Shown here one piece after another: positions 31,301 to 34,548 of a stretch of DNA of 34,548 bases. Below the pieces are notes generated by a model. That model searched no databases, was not told the DNA's origin, and was given only the letters and a program-made list of their open reading frames with translations. The first letter of the stretch is position 1, and every line of letters starts with the position of its first letter. The position numbers and the translations under genes were made by a program. Source of the DNA: Candidatus Limnocylindrales bacterium (lineage in GTDB: Bacteria; Chloroflexota; Limnocylindria; Limnocylindrales; CSP1-4); contig JBEVDC010000141.1 of assembly GCA_040514195.1 (NCBI GenBank), positions 1 through 34,548 on the forward strand. Direction: 5' to 3'.

Positions 31301-33878
31301 GCGCGACCTCGTCTACGATCCGGCGACGCAGCTCATCCACGTGCTGGGCGAGAGCCAGGGCGGGGGCGGGTCCACGGTCTACGTGGTCGAGCCCCACGGC
31401 AACGTCGTCTTCGCTGATGCTCCCCTGTCTGCACCACCCGCCGCCTGGGCCCTCGACGCCGACCCGGATCGGCCAAGCCTGGACCGTGAGCAGCTGCTCA
31501 CGATCTCGGCGTCGGGCCAGATGTCGTCCGTCGAGACCGGCCAGCACGCTTTCGGCTGGCGCTTTCCGGGCGTCATCCTGGGCGCTCTGACAGCCGCTCT
31601 CCTCTACCTGCTGGCTCGAATCCTCTTCCGTCGCCGCGAGGTCGGCCTGGCGGTGGCCGCGATCGTGCTCGTCGACGGCATGACCTTCGCCCAATCGCGG
31701 ATCGCCATGAACGATGTCTACGTCGGCGTCTTCATCGTGGCCGCCTACCTCATCTTCGCGCTCGTCTGGCTTGGGACCTGGCGAGGCTGGAGCGCGATGC
31801 TCGTCGGGTTGCCGCTCATCGGGCTCTGCCTTGGGCTGGCGCTGGCAGCCAAGTGGGTCGGGCTCTACGCCGTGGGCGGCATCGTGCTGCTCATCCTCTT
31901 GCGTTCGGCCGTCGGCCGAGGTCTGGCCCTGGCGGCCATGATCGGCATGACCGGGGTCCTCGGTTGGCTGGCGGTCAGCGCGCCGAGCACAAGCACGCCG
32001 GACACCGTGGGACTCGTGGTGGTCACGATCCTGGTCGGCCTCGTGACGGCCATCGGCTTGCGCATGGCATCGGCCAGCACCGTCATCGTCGCGGTCGGGA
32101 CGGCCTTCGCGGTCATCGCGAGCTCGGTCCTGCTGCTCATGCCCGGAAACGGCGTGTTCCTGGTCATCATGATCGGCGTGACCCTTCTGCTGGCCGTGGC
32201 CGTCGTCCTGCGCCCGATTCGCTGTTCGCTCGACGAAGCGCGCTTCGCAGTCGCGGCCCCAGCCGTCCTGGGCATCCTCGGGACCCTGACCGCGATCATC
32301 ATCGGTTCGCGCCTGCCGACGGATGGCGCGGTGACCTCGACCACCCTGCTGGCCGTCTCGCTGGGCTTGGTGGTCACCAGCGTGGCCGTCTACGCCGGCT
32401 TCGCGTTGGCGGGGTCGCGCGGCATGGGACCGTTGGCTGCTGCGCGACCGGCGCCGACCGAGGGCGGTCGCCCGTTGGAACCGGCCTCTCCGCCGCCCGA
32501 CGGCTGGCTGCGACCTGGCTGGCGACTCGGGCTGCCCTGGGTCTGGGCGATCGCCTGCGTGGCCCTCCTCCCGGTCGTGGTCTACGTGATCAGCTATTGG
32601 CCCTGGGTCGAGCTCGGGAATACCTGGTTCGCGGGGTTTCCGGCCGATCACACGGGCCAGACCTTCCTCGCCCTCCAGCAGGAGATGTACAACTACCACA
32701 ACAACCTGCGGGCCACGCACGCGGCCTCATCGCCGTGGTGGGCGTGGCCCTTCGACCTCAAGCCCGTGTGGTTCTACCTCGGCAACCTGGCCGAGGGGTG
32801 GACGGCCGTGACCTACGATGCGGGCAACCTCGTCCTCTTCTGGCTATCCGTGCCGGCCATGGCCTGGGTCGCCTTCATGGCCTGGCGACGGCGCAGCCTG
32901 GCGCTCGCCCTGGTGATGATCGGCTTCGCCTGCCAGTGGCTGCCCTGGGCGCGCATCGATCGGGCCACCTTCCAGTACCACTACTACACGAGCCTGCCGT
33001 TCGTGATCATGGCCATGGCCTACTTCCTGGCCGAGCTCTGGCACGGTCCATCCGCGCGGACCTGGGTCGTCGCGCGCCTGGCTGCGGCGGCCGCCCTCGT
33101 GGCGGTCCCGCTCATGTGGCTCCTTCGTGTCCCGCTGTGCGCCATCTCGGGCGTGGCCCAGGTCAATCCCGGCTCCCAGGCGTGCGGCTACGTGAGCGAG
33201 GCCTTCGTGCTCACCGAACGGGTGGCCGTCTCCCTGGTCATCGTGCTGGTCGGCATCGTGGTCATGGCCTGGCAGGCGCACACGCTCGGCCTGCGCCGCC
33301 GGCGGGCGGAGCTCGAGGCGGCGCCCGAAGGTCGTCTGCCACCAGGCTCCATCTGGTTGTTGGTGACGGCAGTCACGACCGGGGTGGCGGTGGCCATCGT
33401 GCAGACTCGCTTCCCGGAGACACCCCTCGTCACGGCGCCTATCGGGGACCTTGGGCCGTACATCGGCGCCCTGCTCCTCGGCCTGCCTCTGGCCGTCGCT
33501 GCCTGGCTGGTGCTCGGGGCGCGCGATCCGCGCCGATTCGTCATCGGAGCGCTCGGTGCAATGGCCATCTGGTTCGTCGTCTTCCAGCCCGACATCGCGG
33601 CCCTGCCGGTCCCGACCGGCATCGCCCGGCTCTTCCAGACGCTCCCCCTCGCGACCTACAACTACGACTTCCAATTCGCGGTCAACGAGGCCGCTGCGAC
33701 CACGACGAGCCTGTTGAGCATCGAGTCGCTCGCCCTGACCACGATGGTCGCGTTCCTGGTCGGGGCCACGATGTACGCCGTCCGGGCTTGGCGCACAGGA
33801 GGCACGGAGGCGCCGGCCGAGCCGGTCGCCGAGGCACCCGCAGAGCCGGGCACCGAGCTGGACGCGATCCCGCGCTGA
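28386..33878 (+). CDS. Giant (~1,830 aa) fusion membrane protein: N-terminal GT-C module + low-complexity linker + PMT/GT39-like module with inserted soluble domain
   Basis: A single open frame with a coding-type third-position bias. The N module has 'GFETDLGTFTAWA', 'DYPPAYMYVLW' and 'RVHERYLFPIF'. The C module has 'YFDEVYHARTA', 'THPHLAKYMMAVG', 'FGWRFPGVILGALTAALLYLLARILF', 'SSPWWAWPFDLKPVWFY' and 'ATFQYHYYTSLPF'. ATG 28386 is the first ATG before TM1. The track start at 28158 overlaps the divergent gene. Confidence 0.75.
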   Translation: MLLLAALALRLIIAYVLLPKSGFETDLGTFTAWALRMVDVGPGGFYAEPGLSDYPPAYMYVLWLLGSLGKILGAASGTGVETTTALLKIPPILADIACGWLLYVLTLRWFGDRPRAATLAIVAASLYLFNPVTWYDSAIWGQVDAIGALLSLATVALLIDGHAEAATAMAVVAGLAKPQYGVVLVPILAVVLLRRHLFQPGSGPRVTAGPGWYRTWCDRETGVWRLISSAAVGASLLFLITAPFGMDLPHLIVQYGRAAATYQYLTVNALNPWALVGVGDQQPMAEAGFGHWPPDTVPLVGPVPGVVVGTALLAVGFLIGLALLARRGDRTAILLATAYLCLAFFILPTRVHERYLFPIFAFLPLLAILDRRYLAATLVLSASTFVGLHAVLSTPFWATPNLEDFFYGPAFRSYPVYLVSIAMTGGVFLFLLWRVLRATLAPEAPLAGAPLFDGSDAPAPRGPPVVDTPPRAAVAPGAAALGAVTDAPWLEEVRPRPAPTEHQAAALTRAAASGAAVAGRERTTPAEPPLATDEEAFDPGPGVIGGLSATLRRQLGTRLRRRDRSAALVAEKPGRIDRLDVAVALLLLLAALTLRGWRVEEPYDMYFDEVYHARTATEFLQHWQYGEPPRRIYEYTHPHLAKYMMAVGIMLFGNDVVSATSELGFAPRDAAVEQRWDGIGTRSGRAGDRIYVSGPGSVRAYDLAGRDLLAEITLGDGAEPGALVIETTDHRLLVADLDGGLWAFETQALDDVRAGDDPATMAPPYRLGDLGGPARAMIIDEAGQRLTAVTDGDRVVVFDLVEGSPVVEAVVPGAADLAATTGGQRLQVDLTEVTDPGALADTVAEVLGDDAASIRAMLVGAQGVVTVAGSLDADEAINVQEALDAGELPGASIESGDLVAVAAANGLVLLDANTLAQVDMHSSDTPVTAVVHVEGPAEPTLYATTGERLMQIEVKKGQPASPRDDVWMPGPVRDLVYDPATQLIHVLGESQGGGGSTVYVVEPHGNVVFADAPLSAPPAAWALDADPDRPSLDREQLLTISASGQMSSVETGQHAFGWRFPGVILGALTAALLYLLARILFRRREVGLAVAAIVLVDGMTFAQSRIAMNDVYVGVFIVAAYLIFALVWLGTWRGWSAMLVGLPLIGLCLGLALAAKWVGLYAVGGIVLLILLRSAVGRGLALAAMIGMTGVLGWLAVSAPSTSTPDTVGLVVVTILVGLVTAIGLRMASASTVIVAVGTAFAVIASSVLLLMPGNGVFLVIMIGVTLLLAVAVVLRPIRCSLDEARFAVAAPAVLGILGTLTAIIIGSRLPTDGAVTSTTLLAVSLGLVVTSVAVYAGFALAGSRGMGPLAAARPAPTEGGRPLEPASPPPDGWLRPGWRLGLPWVWAIACVALLPVVVYVISYWPWVELGNTWFAGFPADHTGQTFLALQQEMYNYHNNLRATHAASSPWWAWPFDLKPVWFYLGNLAEGWTAVTYDAGNLVLFWLSVPAMAWVAFMAWRRRSLALALVMIGFACQWLPWARIDRATFQYHYYTSLPFVIMAMAYFLAELWHGPSARTWVVARLAAAAALVAVPLMWLLRVPLCAISGVAQVNPGSQACGYVSEAFVLTERVAVSLVIVLVGIVVMAWQAHTLGLRRRRAELEAAPEGRLPPGSIWLLVTAVTTGVAVAIVQTRFPETPLVTAPIGDLGPYIGALLLGLPLAVAAWLVLGARDPRRFVIGALGAMAIWFVVFQPDIAALPVPTGIARLFQTLPLATYNYDFQFAVNEAAATTTSLLSIESLALTTMVAFLVGATMYAVRAWRTGGTEAPAEPVAEAPAEPGTELDAIPR

Positions 33879-34026
33879 CCGCTCCGATGGTGCCATAGCG
33901 CACCACCTGGCCGGTACCACCGGGTCGGGACCGCATGGGACCGCTCGGCTATGGCGACGCCCTGCCTTGCCCCCGAGACTGGCGGTCCGAGCCGGAGATC
34001 CCGGTTTGTCGCCTCGCCACGGATCG

Positions 34027-34548
34027 ATGATGTCGAAGCTCGCCCGCCTTCTCGGCCCGATCGCCCTGTCCGCCACCCTGCTGGCCACGCTCGTCCCCGT
34101 CGCCGGCGCGACCGACGACCTGACCGTCGAGCAGGCCGAGGCGAAGGTGGTCTCACTGCTCAACGCGCAGCGCACGAATGTCGGCCGCGTGGTCCTTAGG
34201 GTCGATCCGCGATTGTCGGCCATCGCCCGCGGTCGCTCCGAGGACATGGCGTCCAAGGGCTACTTCTCACACCAGCAGCCCGATGGTGACTGGGCCTGGG
34301 ACCTGATGACGGCGGCCGGCATCCGGTGGTTCGGGGCGGGCGAGATCCTCGCCTGGAACACGTGGGGCACGCTGGCCGACTCGGCCACATCGGCCAGTCG
34401 TCAATGGCATGACTCGCCCGGCCACTACGCCATGCTGACGAGTGCGGACTACAACTACTTCGGTGTCGGCCTGGCCGTCGACGGCAGCGGCAAGAAGCTC
34501 TGGACGGTGGTCTTCATGAAGGGCCCCGACCGGACCGGCGCCAGGGCG
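34027..34548 (+). CDS. Secreted CAP/SCP-domain protein (YkwD-like), 3' end outside window
   Basis: Not in the ORF track because there is no stop within the window. The frame from ATG 34027 is open to base 34548. It has a signal peptide (MMSKLARLLGPIALSATLLATLVPVAGA). 'MASKGYFSHQQPDG', 'WHDSPGHYAMLTSADYNYFGVGLA' and 'LWTVVFM' are CAP-domain blocks. Confidence 0.75.
   Translation, partial: MMSKLARLLGPIALSATLLATLVPVAGATDDLTVEQAEAKVVSLLNAQRTNVGRVVLRVDPRLSAIARGRSEDMASKGYFSHQQPDGDWAWDLMTAAGIRWFGAGEILAWNTWGTLADSATSASRQWHDSPGHYAMLTSADYNYFGVGLAVDGSGKKLWTVVFMKGPDRTGARA

Noticed and set aside
30834-34256. 628-aa and 470-aa minus-strand ORFs (30834-32720, 32844-34256) opposite the giant glycosyltransferase
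   Set aside because: The composition is Asp/His/Arg/Gln/Gly-rich, as expected from reading hydrophobic TM-coding DNA backwards. There are no domains. The second one also runs through the intergenic region and the CAP gene start.

Overview
This window is the chromosomal replication-origin neighbourhood of a very GC-rich bacterium; GC was judged by eye, not computed. Gene order looks Actinomycetota- or Chloroflexota-like. On the minus strand lies rpmH-rnpA-yidD-yidC-jag, with rpmH absent from the ORF track. On the plus strand lies dnaA-dnaN-recF-DUF721(DciA-like). The clearest DnaA-box cluster and the only AT-rich patch in the window sit between dnaA and dnaN, so oriC is placed there. Upstream are a partial APC permease, an APH/choline-kinase-like phosphotransferase, DUF1622, ftsE-ftsX-S41 protease and smpB with a complete one-piece tmRNA. 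These are followed by a lipoprotein, an ECF sigma/anti-sigma pair, a secreted metallophosphoesterase, an SRPBCC protein and a VanW protein. Downstream of DUF721, where actinobacteria usually carry gyrB/gyrA, there is a membrane-anchored degenerate PP2C-like protein and a DUF151 nuclease. Next comes a 9-kb glycosylation island: one GT2 polyprenyl-phosphate-sugar synthase-like gene and four GT-C membrane glycosyltransferase modules. Two of those modules are fused in one ORF of about 1,830 aa, whose PMT-like half carries a soluble insertion of about 400 aa in loop 1. This island is the best candidate here for an undescribed system. Smaller oddities:
- an in-frame 2 x 60-bp tandem duplication upstream of ftsE
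- a 13-nt perfect anti-Shine-Dalgarno complement followed by a micro-ORF
- overlapping back-to-back -10 boxes between two divergent glycosyltransferase genes
- a 21-bp perfect palindrome in a 674-bp non-coding rpmH-dnaA spacer

Many long ORFs in the track are antisense or out-of-frame shadows typical of high-GC DNA and are rejected. No CRISPR array, transposase, integrase or tRNA gene was seen.
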